From Candidatus Bathyarchaeota archaeon (GTDB lineage Archaea; Thermoproteota; Bathyarchaeia; Bathyarchaeales; Bathycorpusculaceae): DNA of 64,000 nt. Under the pieces are notes generated by a model that did not search any database, was not told the origin of the DNA, and worked only from the letters and a program-made list of their open reading frames with translations. Shown here piece after piece: positions 61,919 through 64,000 of the stretch (the stretch's first letter is position 1; each line of letters begins with the position of its first letter). The stretch is from NCBI GenBank assembly GCA_963826715.1, contig CAWGYA010000008.1, forward strand, positions 384,001 through 448,000, read 5' to 3'. The position numbers and the translations under genes are program-made.

Positions 61919-63774
61919 CCTAGAAAGCTCCAACTATGGAACCAAATCAGATTTCTAATAAATTCTGTTGTTGCTGGAGCTCCTGAAATCACAGGGTAAA
62001 ATACGAAGAACAGCACAACCGCAGCGGCAAATACTGCTATGGCAGCAGCTTTTCCAAACGGTTTATTCCAATTCTTATTGATAAAGTAAGTTATGGCTAA
62101 ACAGAGCAGGGGCACGCTCAAGTAATAATGGTAGATATAGGTAGCTCGCCCAATCAAAACATAGGGCAGCCAGGAAAATAGGAACACAACCACAATAAAA
62201 ATTGCTGTAACATCCCAACCTTGCCCCCGAATACTCAGTCTTTCCTGCAAGTCTGATTTTTTGATTCGGGACCATAGATTAGATAGGAGCGCTTCCACAT
62301 GGAACGCTTCAACGATTAGAAAAACCATGGCTGCGAACCCAACCCACCATACTGCAGGGTTGCCGAAGGCTGAAATTGTCGATACGGTATTGTTGGGCAA
62401 CCCGTAACTTATGTCAAACCATTTCGAGACACTACCACCATCAAAACGGAACATTAAAGGCCAAGACCACCAAGGTGCGGATGAAGAGTCTGTCACGGAG
62501 CCGCTGTGGAAGCTAAACATCGCATTCTGCAGATTATAAATGGTCACAGGTGAATCCCCCATAAGCATCTCGGGGATGTAAGTGGCAATGTAGATTGCGG
62601 CAAATACTCCGATGAACGCCATTAGCAGCAGAAAGGGGTGATCAAAGAAAGCCACATATCTTTCACGTAAGCCAGCTTTAAGGTTAGCTACATCTTTTAG
62701 GCGTAGCATCACAAGCAACACAAGCATGCCCAAAACACCAAAGAGCGAAAACCATTTTGTGGAAAACGCTAAAGCTGCGGTTACTACCGCAAAAAACAGG
62801 GGTAGCACCGAAGTTTTCCAGCCGTTCTTAAGCACATTGGCAAAGTAGATTAGAAATAATAGTTGTGTCAATAATGAAAAGAAAACGACATATGTGTCGA
62901 CGGTGCCAATGCGAGCCATAGTGAAATGCATAAAGTCGAAAGTCATTAGAAACGCTGCTGAGAACCCGCCGATCCAGGTTCCGAACAGTTTCTTGCCCAG
63001 CAGATACATCAGCGGTACCATCAACATCGCAAATATTACGCCCATAATGCGCCAACCAAACGGGGTTTCACCCACAAGAGCAACTCCCACCGCTTGGATG
63101 AGTTTACCCAGCGGTGGATGTGTTCGCTCATTCGGAATCATATGGTTAACATAATTTTCTGCGGACCGTGCAAAATAGACCTCGTCAAAATACATCTTGG
63201 ACATGTATGTGGGAGGTATCTCAAGCGAAGATTGCTCGTCAATCAGGGCGGATAAGCTTGAGTCTGTACTGTTTATAGCTGTTATTTCCACAATTGGGAT
63301 TTGCTGAAAGTCAGTGTTGTCCAAACCGATTTCAGAGACCTCCGCATACTTTGATGGTGCCTTGTCAGATGGGTTTGTTATCCCCCAATTCGCAAACATC
63401 GGCTGAGAATCGTAAGTGACGGGGGAAACGAGGAATTCAAGATAACGGGTGTTCAGATTGAGGCTCATAGATTTCTGAATAGAATAATCTGTGCCTCTAT
63501 CGATTAACGAAAAATTTCCAACATAGCTCCAGTTGTCCGGAGTTCCCTGGTAAATTGTGACGGAGGCGTTACCTGATTTTACCCAGAAAAATGCGGTTTG
63601 GACCTGCTGGCTGGAGCCTAAATCTACGTAGAAACTCTGCGGTGACGTGCACTGCCAGTTCGTCACGGGTGAATTAGCTTGCCCAACATTCCATGCTGCC
63701 ATACTGAAGAAAACAAGCGACAGCAAAACCATAGTTAAGATGTCTTTTTTGGTGATTTTCAGATTGAAGTTCAC
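61915..63774 (-). CDS. GT39/PMT-like protein glycosyltransferase
   Basis: YFDE, THPPLGK, FGWR, RIG..D, STKW, WWSWP, GNP..WW, YIYHY, FYP. Confidence 0.88.
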   Translation of the reverse strand: MNFNLKITKKDILTMVLLSLVFFSMAAWNVGQANSPVTNWQCTSPQSFYVDLGSSQQVQTAFFWVKSGNASVTIYQGTPDNWSYVGNFSLIDRGTDYSIQKSMSLNLNTRYLEFLVSPVTYDSQPMFANWGITNPSDKAPSKYAEVSEIGLDNTDFQQIPIVEITAINSTDSSLSALIDEQSSLEIPPTYMSKMYFDEVYFARSAENYVNHMIPNERTHPPLGKLIQAVGVALVGETPFGWRIMGVIFAMLMVPLMYLLGKKLFGTWIGGFSAAFLMTFDFMHFTMARIGTVDTYVVFFSLLTQLLFLIYFANVLKNGWKTSVLPLFFAVVTAALAFSTKWFSLFGVLGMLVLLVMLRLKDVANLKAGLRERYVAFFDHPFLLLMAFIGVFAAIYIATYIPEMLMGDSPVTIYNLQNAMFSFHSGSVTDSSSAPWWSWPLMFRFDGGSVSKWFDISYGLPNNTVSTISAFGNPAVWWVGFAAMVFLIVEAFHVEALLSNLWSRIKKSDLQERLSIRGQGWDVTAIFIVVVFLFSWLPYVLIGRATYIYHYYLSVPLLCLAITYFINKNWNKPFGKAAAIAVFAAAVVLFFVFYPVISGAPATTEFIRNLIWFHSWSFLG

Positions 63775-64000
63775 TTCGGAGTTTCACCACTCTTTTCGCT
63801 TTCACTTGGTTCGGTTGGCTGTGGATTTAACCAATGACGTCCTTTTAGCCCATCCAACATTATTACTGTGGCATAGATGAACATGGCTAAATTAATAACG
63901 CTTACCGCTAGAACTACCAAATCACCTTGTGGAATGAATGGGTCAGGTTTATTCAAAAAAGAAAGAACGTACGCCTGATTAACAAACAAAGTTCCAGTTA
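63771..64000 (-). CDS. C-terminal part of a membrane protein (truncated by the window edge)
   Basis: Hydrophobic helix; its stop overlaps the PMT start; frame is open to the edge. Confidence 0.65.
   Translation of the reverse strand, partial: TGTLFVNQAYVLSFLNKPDPFIPQGDLVVLAVSVINLAMFIYATVIMLDGLKGRHWLNPQPTEPSESEKSGETPK

Noticed and set aside
126-63880. Many antisense or nested ORFs in the six-frame track (e.g. 55805-56374, 16459-17001, 22686-23174)
   Set aside because: Shadow frames of well-supported genes with no independent motifs.

Overview
Gene-dense archaeal chromosomal window, most likely Bathyarchaeia/TACK (inferred from S25e, histone, Tes, a ribophorin-like protein, form III RuBisCO and frequent TTG starts). 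I found no mobile elements or CRISPR arrays. Content: rtcB-pyrC-Mut7-C; thermosome-rpoK; divergent trpY/trpB2 with TRP boxes; tetraether synthase; nucleotide-sugar genes; a his operon lacking hisE; initiator tRNA-Met; a DapL-type lysine operon; L7Ae-S28e-L24e, Gar1 and TFB; a Grx/FDR/Prx/ferredoxin redox region; a complete AMP phosphorylase-RuBisCO-R15P isomerase cluster beside a GH3 ligase; and a GT2/PMT glycosylation cluster. Signals missed by the ORF track: an unassigned ~265-nt structured RNA (19061-19328), a box C/D sRNA (~33940-33994), CTG starts for rps17e and rbcL, a 49-aa small ORF, a homopolymer frameshift and a possibly pseudoknotted his-operon leader. All family calls come from motif recognition; no database searches were run.
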